Below, in pieces: positions 33,901-49,749 of a stretch of 64,000 nt of DNA. Position numbers and translations under genes: made by a program. The DNA is taken from NCBI RefSeq assembly GCF_009914755.1, contig NC_060927.1, one strand, 5' to 3'. Each line of letters opens with the position of its first letter. The stretch's first letter is position 1. The stretch is from the human T2T-CHM13v2.0 reference genome, Homo sapiens. The notes beneath the pieces were generated by a model, which was not told the origin of the DNA, did no database searches, and saw only the letters and a program-made list of their open reading frames with translations.

Positions 33901-34106
33901 GAGAGCACAAAGACGAAGAAGCAAAGTGGCTCCGAACAGTTTATTTTAATTGTTTTAGGTCACAGCACAGCTATAAGCTGAATATGTATGCTCTTGTCTG
34001 GTGGCAGGTAGCTTATATGGGATACGAATCAGCATATAATGGCTAAGAGCACACTTATTAGCTGTGTAACCTTGGGCAAGTCACTTGACCTCTTTGTGTC
34101 TGGTTT

Positions 34107-34531
34107 TTTTCATTTGTAAAATAGGGCGAACAAAGTCCCCTCTGCATAAGATTATTGTAAATATTAAATAAGTTAATATATTTATGTGTATCTGACATAG
34201 AACAATTGGTACATAAGTATTTACTATAATTATTTGCTTTTCTGTTACAGAATTGAGTTTGGTTTTGCCCATCTGAAATATCTGTATTTGCCCATCTGAA
34301 GTATTTGCTTTTCTGTTATAGAATTAAGTTTGGTTTTGCAACCAAACTCTGTTTTCATCTGTAAAATAGGGAGAACAAAGTCCCTTCTGCATAGGATTAT
34401 TGTAAACATTAAATAAGTTACTATATTTATATGTATCTGACATAGAACAATTGCTATATAAGTGTTTACTATAATTATTTGCTTTTCTGTTACAGAATTG
34501 AGTTTGGTTTTGCCCATCTGAAATATCTGTA
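34107..34531. repeat. Complex local duplication (2 x 180 bp, MIR-derived) with templated junction pieces
   Basis: Copies at 34107-34286 and 34352-34531 with about 10 mismatches; the spacer is built from short direct and inverted copies. Confidence 0.93.
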
Positions 34532-36238
34532 AAGACTCTGAGGACAGAACAGATACTTTGGAGTTTTCTTCAAACTTGCATAGCTCAAGGGGTAACTATT
34601 TCCTTCTGCATGGGCCGTCACCCTCCCTCCTGTCAGACCCTGCCCCTGTGCTTGCCTTCAAGCCTTCATACCTTCAAAACATCTTGCTCTGGTCACCTTT
34701 TATAGATGACCTTTCCCCATCTTAATTTCTCTGTTCTGTGTTTTGTGGCATACCGATTCTGGGTATGCAGTATGTGCTCAGCCAGCAAATCTGGTAATCA
34801 GTATCTTAATTGGCTTGGTATTTCCCAGTGTTCCTTTTTCCAAGGCATAATTTATTCTTTCTGTTTTTGAATGTAGCACATAGAATTGTATTACCTGAAT
34901 TTCACCATTCTGTAAATCCAGTCATTGCTGTATACTTTTCTAGCCCTGACCAGGAAATCTATTCTTTATTTATCATGCTAACAACAACAACAACAGAGAG
35001 AGAAGCAAAGTCTTGCTTAAATGCTTTTAATTGCTATGCTGTCCACATGTGCTCATGATGAGAAATGCACCTCTCTCTTCTTCTTCTACCCATTGCTTGG
35101 CCTCCCTACTTCCATTTTCTTAGTTTACTCCTAAGAGCCCAATGTAACCCTGACAGTTTCCTTTAGATGTTGGAACAAACTGTTTTCCTGATGTTGAGTT
35201 CCTTATCAGTGTGTAAATGGCTCTAAAACATCAGTTTAAGCTCTGTCCCTTCCCTGTTCCAGATTTTGAGGTCTAGCAGGACAGGTACACAGAGGCTCAG
35301 CTTCTGGATCAGATCTTCCTGGTATAGGGAGTTGGATACAACCATCTCTACAACTCATCTAGCCCTGCAGCCCATTGGAGATCTCAGGGCCACTGCACAC
35401 TGTTTTTCTTTACTTGGGGTAGTGCAAATAAGCTGTCACCAGTTAAGAAGTGGTCTCTGTTTAGAGTGGCAAAGACTCACTTTGAGCACTAAAAACAAAA
35501 ATGGAGAAGAATGTGAAACAAACCAATATTATTTTTACATAAAATACCTTACTTTTTTTTTTTCTGTAATGCATTCCTGGATTCAGCAATTGAAAGCAGA
35601 AAAGTGAAAAATGCACATTTTCTTTATAGACCTATGTTCACTGCATAGCTGACAGTAAGTTAAAAATACTTGGCTGGTGAAAAAGGTGAGAAATGGATGA
35701 TTCAGCCCCTCCAAATAAAGAACCTGCAGCTGAAACTAAAGGCTGGTCGGATGTAGCATTGCAGAATTGGTTTTAGGTTCTCTTCTACTAGGCAAAATTT
35801 AAGGTAGTGAGCAGCATGCGCTGCGGTATCTAGACATAAAAGCCTTTATAAAAGTGAAAAAAATGTCAAAATGATAATTTTGAAAAAATGAGGTTCAACT
35901 CTTACTCTTAATTAGAAACACCAGAGAGAACACATAACACAGGAGTTCTTGTTACAAATCTGGCCTCTGTTTACCTAACACTTTCCTCTTGCGGGCTGCC
36001 TTGTCTCATTTCGAAGGCATTGCAGGAACTGTTTATGACCCTGGCCTGCTCACTCCCCCACAGCTGGTTTATTTTTGACTGCCAGTCAGTCAAGGTGCTA
36101 ATTGTGCTTATGAATATCTCACAGCTGTTCTTAACACATTGTTCCAAACAGTTCTCTTTGGCATTTAACCATGAATTTTGACTTTTTTTCCCCAGTGCTA
36201 ACATTCAAGACTCCACTGGGTTGAGAGCTCCTACTTTT

Positions 36239-37118
36239 TTTTTTTTTTCCTTAACTTATATTTTAGGTTAAGGGTAGATATGCAGGTTTGTTATGTAGGT
36301 AAACTCCTGTCACACGGGTTTGTTGTATGGTCCCAATGCTAAGATACTAAGCCTAGTACTCAATAGTTATTTTTTTCTGCTTTTCTCCCTCCTCCCGTCC
36401 TCCACCCTCAAATAGGCCTCAGTGTCTGCTGTTCTCTTCTTTGTGTCTATGTGTTCTCATCATTTAGCTTCTGCTTATAAGTGAGAACATGCAGTATTTG
36501 GTTTTCTGTTCCTGTGTTAGTTTGCTAAGGATAATGGCCTCCAGCTCCACCCATGTTCCTGCAAAGGACGTGATCTTGTGCTTTCTTATGGCTGGGTAGT
36601 AGTCCATGTTGTATATGTACCACACTTTCTTTATCTGGTCTATCATTGGTGGGCATTTAGGTTGATTTCATTTCTTTTAATTTGCCCAAAAACCCCCAAA
36701 CAACCCCATTAAAAAGTGGGCAAAGAACATGAACAGACAATTTTCAAAGGAAGACATACATGTGGCCCGGGAAGCATATGAAAAAAGCTCAATATCGCTG
36801 ATCATTAGGGAAATGCAAATCGAAACCACAACGAAATACCATCTCACGAACCAGTCAGAATGGCTATTATTAAAAAGTCAAAAAATAATAGATGCTGGTG
36901 AGGTTGCAGAGAAAGGGGAACGCTTATACACTGTTGGTAGGAGTGTAAATTCGTTCAACCATTGCAGAAAGCAGTGTGGTGATTCCTCAAAGAGCTAAAA
37001 ACAGAACTACCGTTGGACCCAGCAATCTCAATCTCATTATTGGGTATATACCCAAAAGAATATGAATCATTCTACCATAAAGACACATGCACGTGAATGT
37101 TCATTGCAGCCCTATTCA
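36239..37118 (-). mobile_element. Older L1PA (PA15/16-like) insertion with 5' inversion (twin priming)
   Basis: 3' part on minus (36239 to ~36678), inverted part on plus (~36686-37118); perfect 17-bp TSD tgagagctcctactttt at 36222 and 37119. Confidence 0.93.
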
Positions 37119-37199
37119 TGAGAGCTCCTACTTTTGATGTTAACTTCCATTTCCTTTTAATGCTCACCTCTTCTATTGTTTCTTTGCTGCAACCACCTT

Positions 37200-37870
37200 C
37201 CATTTTATTTTTTAAAATAAAATTTTCTTTTAGTAGTTTTAGAAAAATGCAGAAAACATGAAAAGATAGCAAGGAGTTCCCATAAATTCATCACCCAGTT
37301 TTTCCTATTTTTAGCACCTTAAATTATTATGGTGTATTTGTCACAATAAATGAACCAATTTTAAATATAGTTCATACTTTATTCAGATTCCCTTAGTTTT
37401 TACTTAATATTCTTTTTCTCTTCCAGAATCCCATTCAGGATGCCACATTACATTCAGTATGTCTTCTTAGACTCCTATGGGCTGTGACAGTATCTCAGAA
37501 TTTCCTTGCTTTTGAATATATTGAGTTTTGGTAAGGTATTTTGTAGACTATTCCTCAAGTGGAATGTATCTGATGTTTTTCTCATGAGTAGACTGGGTTT
37601 ATGGATTTGGAGAGGAAGACCACCATATCATATCAAGGGTGCATGCTATCAATGTGACTTCTCACTGTTGATGTTTGATGGAGGTAACCTGTTGGTAACC
37701 TGACTGAGGTAGTGTTTGCCAGATTTCTCCACTATGAAGTTACTTTTCCCCTCGCGTTCACACTGTGCTCTTTGAAAATGAGTTTCTATACACACGCCAT
37801 ACTTAAAGAATGGGGAATTATGCCTCACCTCTTGGAGCGTAAAGTGTTCACTGTATATAAATTATTTGAA
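37200..37870 (-). mobile_element. Ancient L1MC/MD 3' UTR fragment
   Basis: gagttccca...tatttgtcacaataaatgaaccaat...ttcatactttattcagatt motifs. Confidence 0.7.
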
Positions 37871-37873
37871 ATT

Positions 37874-38008
37874 CTTCTTTTCTTTTCTGTTCTTTTTTTC
37901 TTTCCTTTTCTTTCTTTCTTTCTTTCCTTCTTTCTTTCTTTCTTTTTCTTTCTTTCTTTTCTCTTTCTTTCTCTTTCCTTCCCTCCCTCCCTCCCTTCCT
38001 TCCTTCCT
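37874..38008. repeat. (CTTT)n/(CCTT)n polypyrimidine microsatellite
   Basis: About 135 nt of almost pure pyrimidines. Confidence 0.9.
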
Positions 38009-41000
38009 ATTTAAAAATCAGTATGTGTGTTATACTTTGGATTATATATAATCAAATACTACATTATTTTTAAACTTAAATTGGAGACCAACTTTATTTT
38101 TAAGGAGTCACTTGTCACTTCCGACACCCCATCTCTTAATAGTCTTGATTATTATAAGCAGAATAGTATGGTTTAGAGAGTTTAAACTGTATCAACACAA
38201 TTCTAGACAGCTATTTTCAAAGGCTTCTTCCAGATCCTCCCTTTCTATCCTCCTTCACAATCCCAAGACATTTAAAAGAATAACCTGTGCTTAGAACCCT
38301 GCTGATAGAAATGCTTCTGGTTTTAGGTAACTGCCCAAACTTACTGGAACATTACCCTACCTTCTACTCCACTTCGCTGATGTAGTTTTCATCATATCTT
38401 CTGTGTGTTGTATTGAGCACTGGCACTCAATAAATATGAAATGATGATCAATACAAGGCACTAAGTGGTCTCAGTTGAGAAAATACTGAACAGAAACACA
38501 AAAATATCAAGGTATAATACAATTTTCTTTTCCGTCATCACTGGTTAGCCCGGTTTGAACTTTCTAGATACAGAAGATAGAACATCATGTTGTCCAAAAT
38601 ATAATGAAAATTTCTTCCCAGAAGGCTTTTTAAGGGCAAATGGAAGTACATTTTAAGCCCATAAATCTGTTGCTCATTGTAGATTTTTCTTTACTATATT
38701 TTTCAAGTTCATCCCAAGCCATAAATGTCTAAGTGACTTCATGTGCTTGAGGCTCTGAATTTTTACGTTCCCACCACATTCAATTAGTTGGCTCCTTTTG
38801 CCCGAGGAAGAAATGGCTTGTTATTTTTTGACTAAAATGCTCCATCTGTTATAACGGCCTTCGTGTATTCATTTTTATCAAGTTACCAGCCACATGTGCC
38901 GCTCCAATTATTAGAAATGGAGTTTAGAAAATCTATAATCCCTCCCTAGACAAATATCTTTTTAAATGCTGTTCCACTGGTTGACTTGAGTCCAGAACTC
39001 TTTGGGGGCGATTTTCGTTTTCTTTAGTAACAGCCCCTGGAATGCTTTCTACAAGCACGGAATTAGGCAATGGTAAGCACTTCTTGAAGATTACTCTTCT
39101 GTTTCATCCTGGTATCTTGAGGTGGATCTCCTTGGTATCTCTGATCCACGATGTTTGCAAAGCCAGACCACTCCCTTATGACTCCAAGGGGCTTCCTGGT
39201 TTACTGCTTCTCTGGCCTAGCCCTTCCAATGTTCAGATGTGGTATATGACACAGTTACCTGCTCTGCGGTCTTGCAATGATCATTTATTGTGTTTTTTTT
39301 ATAAATCATGTCCCCCCAAATTTGAAAATGATGGGCTTATAGTTGGCATTTTTTGGGTGGGCCCATATATATGGATGCTGTGGAATCGAAGTGTGGTATG
39401 GAGTACACGCATGTACAGCTGTTTGGTTGGTGGCAGAGGTAGCACTAGGAAAATGGGAATGGTGGTTGCAAAAGGGGCCACAGGTATGGTGTAAGATCTT
39501 GACATATGGGAAGCTGTCAGTACCTAACATACGGGAAAAACATTATTTTAGAGCTACATGTGCCTGCTCTCTAAATCATAGAAGCATTGAAGAAAGACTT
39601 TGGATTTACCTGAAGTCCTGAGTTCTAGTCCTGTTTTTGTCTCCAACTGGTTGTGTAGCCTACAATAAGTCACTTGGACTCTATAGACCTCTGTTGTCTC
39701 ATTTGCACCTAAGCGGGTTGGACTAAGACACTTTGGTTCTTGTAATATTGAATAGTTTTTGACAATTTTTCACAAGGCTGCCTTATTTGCCAAGCTAGCA
39801 TAAGGTCGAATTTTGTGGATATAAAGAATGAAGATAGGTTTTAACCATCTCTCTTTTACTGGAAACAAGAGCAAGCTGGAAATTAAAATGAATTTAAATG
39901 CATTTCTACCATGTAGATTTATTGAGTGCATGATACTAAGAATGCAGTAGTGAATAAGACACAGCCCTGTCCTCAAATGTGCTGTTTGTAGACACAAAAC
40001 ATGTCAGTTCCCCCTCCTTCTCTCCACACTCCTACCAGATCTTGAAGGAAACAGTCTGGGACCAAATCTCTGGTTGGCTTTTTCCAAAAGCTCTATTATC
40101 TCAGGGTTGTGGCAGAGACCCTTGAAGAGTCAAAGTAAATTCAAGAGACTTCCTAAAAGTGACAGTTTTTATCTCTACATTGTCAGGTTTTTGGACAATA
40201 AATCATTATCCAATCTATTTATTACCCAGGCTCCAAGCTGCTGGCGTATATGGTACCTTTTTACAGATAAGGAAATGTATCCTATCCAGAAAAATTGCAT
40301 CAATGTGTGCCCTCTGTGCACAATTAGGGCAAGGCCCTCTTTCTTACAGGCTGACTCAGCCTCTCACCAGAGCACCCGGTGCCATGAACACACACAGGAG
40401 CCTATCAGACCCTGTCCAGACCCTCAGCACATGCCCACACACGATCACCTGGCATCCCTAAGAGCCTCCCTCAGAACAATGCTGCTCTTTGGATGTTTAC
40501 CAGGAAAGAGGGCTCTCTGAGAGTCACTCTCCTAACAGAACCAGGCTGTTAAGACAGAGTCTATTTCCTTCATGTTTAAAATATGGCACCGTGTGCAAGC
40601 TGCCTTGGGGTTTGGGTGACAGGCATTCTATTTTTGTCAGATTGTCCTGGTTTTTAATACTTTTTTCCCTTCGGTGTCCTGAGAAGTCCTTCCGAGTGGC
40701 GATGTGTCCTCTTTAATAAATGAAACCACCCATAGAAGAACACAGCACTTGAAATACAACTATGAGGAACATGTAGAAGCAGAGTTGTGATGGCACTGCC
40801 AAAGCTCACTGAGCTGGATTCTCCCTCACACACAGTCTTGTTTAATTGGCCTAATGAGTTTGGCTGATGTGACCAAGTGATCAATCAGGTTAGTGTTATG
40901 AGATATTGGAAAACAGGATGAGAGAAGAGAAAAGGCTTTTGGCAAATTGACTACAAGACAGGGAGACAAGAAGTCTTGATTTAACAGTTGAACACTTTTT

Positions 41001-42550
41001 ATTTTTTCTCTCATCCCTTGAATGCTGATAAGACATAACAAAACCTACTTGGATGTGCTTGCTTGCACATGTTTCCTTGGTATTCATTTTGCAGACCCCC
41101 TCTGTTTTGATTCAAAAATGCTTTTCTTTTTCTCAAACACAATAAGCTAGAAGTTCTGCCTCTTATGAAACATTCAAGAGCCAATGAATGCCTGCTATCT
41201 AGAAAAGTGAAATGCCCTCATAGAATTCTTGCGACCTTTATGCATTGTCAACAGATTCTGTGAATAAAACAAAACAAAACATGAATTTTAACACTGATGT
41301 GTAACATTAGCTTCATTTCAGCATTAGCCACTTTGATCCTATGTATTTGCTGAAGTGGGTGACTGACCAGAGAGAGGATTTTTGAGTGTGGACTTTCTTT
41401 CTCCCTCTTTTCAAATGGCTATTAAGGGAGGAAATCCTGGGGTCATCTCAGTCCAGTAACTGAAACTGCTTGAGACAGACATTCTTCCAGCTCTGGGAAG
41501 GTGAGAAATCAGGTGAACTTCTCATGCTTGGCTGGTTTTCCAGTTGACTTGCTGTGTGGGAGGTAAATATGGGTACCCTGCAGCATGTGGAGTTCTGCAG
41601 TTCATTTACAAAGACCCAAGGGCTTGATTTTGTTTTCTAAAAGGCAAATTTGAACTTCAGTCAAATTTGTAAAATTGGTATAAATTTGCTCCTCACCTCT
41701 GGGAGCAGGAAATGTTTATTTCAGTTCAAATAAATCTGACTCTGTTCCCTCCTCTTCCCTGCAATGCTGGTAGGAAATTTAATTTCATCTATTTCTGCCC
41801 CACACTTTCGTTTCGCCATTCAAGGGAACAGAGGGTCTTATACCTTTCAGAAAATCTGAGGAAGGGCCTCTGGTCTTGCTGCTGAAGGGGCTCGCTGGAA
41901 AGAGGGTGTATCTGGTGCCACACCCTGCACATCTAACTTGGCCCTGGGGATTTTTTATCCTTCCTGGACCACAGGTTTCAGGATTTAGACCTAGGCCTCC
42001 ATCACCTCATTAGTAGCCCTGCATAGGATGGGGCCTTAAGGTCCACTGGGATAAAAAGGTCATATCTTTTAGAAACTTCTGAGCTTTCCTCTTGAATAAT
42101 ACAACTATCTCCTTTGGGAGCCTAAGCTTCTGAAAACTCTCTTCCTTGGAGTGAGTCAAGTCTCAGACATCTAGGTCACAGAGCCTTGCTTTCTCCTTGA
42201 GATGGACCTAGGGAAAGTATCTCTCATTCTCTCACAATAAACCTACAGGCATACTTAAATTCTCAATCTGTGTTCCCTGCCACATTTGATGTCGTCTTAA
42301 TTTTTTTCTTATTCTTTTTTTTTTTAATTTTATTATTATTATACTTTAAGTTTTAGGGTACATGTGCACGACGTGCAGGTTGGTTACATATGTATACATG
42401 TGCCATGCTGGTATGCTGCACCCATTAACTCGTCATTTAGCATTAAGTATATCTCCTAATGCTATCCCCCCCTCCCCCTACCCCGCAACAGTCCCCGGTG
42501 TGTGATGTTCCCTTTCCTGTGTCCATGTGTCCTCATTGTTCAATTCCCAC

Positions 42551-46373
<3,823 letters not shown>

Positions 46374-46421
46374 TTATTTTGCTCAATAGTTGATGCAGTT
46401 TCTTCCTAGCCTTGATGGTCT

Positions 46422-47424
46422 TTACAATTTGGCATGTTTTTGCAGTGGCTGGTACCAGTTGTTCCTTTCCATGTTTAGTGCTTCCTTCAGGAGCTCTTTT
46501 AGGGCAGGCCTGGTGGTGGCAAAATCTCTCAGCATTTGCTTGTCTGTAAAGTATTTTATTTCTCCTTCACTTATGAAGCTTAGTTTGGCTGGATATGAGA
46601 TTCTGGGTTGAAAATTCTTTTCTTTAAGAATGTTGAATATTGGCTCCCACTCTCTTTTGGCTTGTAGAGTTTCTGCAGAGATATCAGCTGTTAGTCTGAT
46701 GGGCTTCCCTTTGTGGGTAACCTGACCTTTCTCTCTGGCTGCCCTTAACATTTTTTCCTTCATTTCAACTTTGGTGAATCTGACAATTATGTGTCTTGGA
46801 GTTGCTCTTCTCAAGAGTATCTTTGTGGCGTTCTCTGTATTTCCTGAATTTGAATGTTGGTCTGCCTTGCTAGATTGGTGAAGTTCTCCTGGACAATATC
46901 CTGCAGAGTGTTTACCAACTTGGTTCCATTCTCCTCGTCACTTTCAGGTACACTAATCAGACGTAGATTTTGTCTTTTCACATAGTCCCATATTTCTTGG
47001 AGGCTTTTTTCGTTTCTTTTTATTCTTTTTTTCTCTAAACTTCTCTGCTTGCTTCATTTCATTCATTTCATCTTCCATCACTGATAACCTTTCTTCCAGT
47101 TGATCGCATTGGCTACTGAGGCTTCTGCATTCGTCACATAGCTCTCGTGCCTTGGTTTTCAGCTCCATCAGGTCCTTTAAGGACTTCTCTGCATTGGTTA
47201 TTCTAGTTATCCATTTGTCTAATTTTTTTTCAAAGCTTTTAACTTCTTTGCTATTGGTTCGAATTTCCTCCTGTAGCTAGGAGTAGTTTGATCGTCTGAA
47301 GCCTTCTTCTCTCAACTTGTCAAAGTCATTCTCCATCCAGCTTTGTTCCATTGCTGGTGAGGAGCTGCATTCCTTTGGAGGAGGAAAGGCACTCTGATTT
47401 TTAGAGTTTCCAGTTTTTCTGCTC
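46422..47424 (-). pseudogene. ORF1: L1 ORF1 remnant, start codon deleted and frameshifted
   Basis: C-terminal RRATPRHIIVRF...YPAKLSF...PLQKHAKL is present; the ATG region is missing at the 47424-47426 junction. Confidence 0.9.
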
Positions 47425-48791
47425 TGGGTATCAGCAGCAGTGGCTGCAGAACAGTGGATATTGGTGAACCACAGATGCTGCTGCCTAATCGTTCCTCTGG
47501 AAGTTTTGTCTCAGAGGAGTACCTGGCCATGTGAGGTGTCAGTCCGCCCCCTACTGGGGGGTGCCTCCCAGTTAGGCTACTTGGGGGTCAGGGACCCACT
47601 TGAGGAGGCAGTCTGCCCGTTCTCAGATCTGAAGCTGCGTGCTGGGAGAACCACTACTCTCTTCAAAGCTGTCAGAGAGGGACATTTAAGTCTGCAGAGG
47701 TTATTGCTGTCTTTTTGTCTGTGCCCTGCCCCCAGAGGTGGAGCCTACAGAGGCAGGCAGGCCTCCTTGAGCTGTGGTGGGCTCCACCCAGTTTGAGCTT
47801 CCCGGCCGCTTTGTTTACCTAATCAAACAACTAACTCGGCAATGGCAGGCGCCCCTCCCCCAGCCTCGCTGCCGCCTTGCAGTTTGATCTCGGACTGCTG
47901 TGCTAGCAATGAGTGAGACTCTGTGGGCGTAGGATCCTCCCAGCCAGGTGCGGGATATAATCCCCTGGTGTGCCGTTTTTTAAGCCAGTTGGAAAAGCGC
48001 AATATTAGGGTGGGAGTGAACCGATTCTAGGTGCTGTCTGTCACCGCTTTCTTTGACTAAGAAAGGGAATTCCCTGACCCCTTGCGCTTCCCAGGTGAGG
48101 TGATGCCTCGCCCTGCATCGGCTCATGCACGGTGAACTGCACCCACTGTCCTGCACCTACTGTCTGGCACTCCCCAGTGAGATGAACCTGGTAACTCAGT
48201 TGGAAATGCATAAATACCCGTCTTCTGCGTCACTCATGCTGGGAGCTGTAGATCGGAGCTGTTCCTATTCGGCCATCTTGTGCAACCCTCTTTTCTTATT
48301 CTTGAACTGTTGAATAAGCTACCAGCATTTTAAATAAGTTCAGGATTATGTTGCCAGGAAATAGTCTTTGATATCTGTGACAATTTTGTTGTTGCTGTTT
48401 GTTTTTTCTTTCTTTTTTTTTTTTATGGGGAAAAGCATGAAGTTGTCTTTCTCATTGCCTTTCTCATCATGTTTTAAGTACAGAGTTCTTCTGAAGGGCA
48501 CACTTTGTGGTTCTCATGGAATGTAAATAGCTCAAATGGCTCCACTTCCAAGAAACCTTCTTTAACCTTAAGGCTGAATGAAGTAAGCGCTTTCTCCTGT
48601 TCTCTAGTGTATTCCCAGCAAAACTTTGAGCATACTTTAAAAATGAATTTATTGCACATACTTCCATATCCAGGGAGAGCTCTGATTCCTCCTCTCATAC
48701 ACTCCAAGAGGAAGGGTCAAGGAAGTATTGAACTCAGGAACTTTTTTTAGGGTGGTGGTGTTGGTGAGAATCTCAATATGAAGAAGGAAGA

Positions 48792-49243
48792 TTTCATGTA
48801 CGTCCGTGTGAAGAGACCACCAAACAGGATTTGTGTGAGCAACATGGCTGTTTGTTTCACCTGGGTGCAGGCGGGCTGAGTCCGAAAAGAGAGTGAGCGA
48901 AGGGAGATGGGGTGGGGCCGTTTTATAAGATTTGGGCAGGTAAAGGAAAATTACAGTCAAAGGGGGTTTGTCCTCTGGCGGGCAGGAGTGGGGGTCGCAG
49001 GGTGCTCAGTGGGGGAGCTTTTTGAGCCAGGATGAGCCAGGAAAAGGACTTTCACAAGGTAATGTCATCACTTAAGGCAAGGACCGGCCATTTTCACTTC
49101 TTTTGTGGTGGAATGTCATCATTTAAGGTGGGGCAGGGCATTTTCACTTCTTTTGTGATTCTTCAGTTACTTCAGGCCATCTGGGCGTATACATGCAAGT
49201 CACAGGGGATGCAATGGCTTGGCTTGGGCTCAGAGGCCTGACA
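48792..49243 (-). promoter_or_regulatory. 3' LTR7: TATA and both ACAAAAG motifs intact; poly(A) signal mutated to AACAAA
   Basis: tgtcaggcctctgagccc...catgaaa; tttgtt at 48851-48856; ttttataa at 48921; PPT at 49244-49261. Confidence 0.95.
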
Positions 49244-49407
49244 TTCCTGCCTTCTTATATTAATAAGAAAAATAAAACAAAATAGTGTTGAAGTATTGGG
49301 GCGGTAAAAATTTTTGGGGGGTGGTATGGAGAGAGAGAATGGGCGATGTTTCTCAGGGCTGCTTTGAGCGGGATTAGGGGCGGCGTGGGAACCTGGGGTG
49401 GGAGAGA

Positions 49408-49590
49408 TTAAGCTGAAGGAAGATTTTGTGGTAAGGGGTGATATTGTGGGGTTGTTAGAAGAAACATTTGTTGTGTAGAATGATTGGTGATGGCCTGGAT
49501 ACGGTTTTGTATGAATTGAAAAACTAAATGGAATAAGAGAAAGAGAAAAACAGGTATAAAAGGTCTAAGAATTGGGAGGACCCAGGACAT
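49408..49590 (-). pseudogene. env: HERV-H env TM C-terminal remnant
   Basis: Hydrophobic WVLPILRPFIPVFLFLLF...FIQNRIQAI just before the PPT. Confidence 0.65.
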
Positions 49591-49749
49591 CTGATTGGAG
49601 AGTGCCTAAGGAGGTTCAGCATAGTCCTGCCAGCAAAGATTATTTATTTACCTCAAGAGTTTAGAGTGGCGGTTTGGGGATAGCACCAGGAGATATCAGC
49701 TGTGATGGCTTGGAGAAACAGTGTAAACTGGCAGTGTAAACAAGAGCAG

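Noticed and set aside
39042-40520. 150-aa and 148-aa plus-strand ORFs as stand-alone genes
   Set aside because: No homology that I recognise and random-like composition; only the short exon candidate was kept.
41890-42260. Possible ancient LTR with TATA-like and AATAAA motifs
   Set aside because: No TG..CA ends or TSD identifiable; needs a Dfam search.
47842-47916. L1 ORF0 (MAGAPPPASLPPCSLISDCCASNE*)
   Set aside because: Recognisable, but truncated at codon 25 by TGA, before its splice donors.
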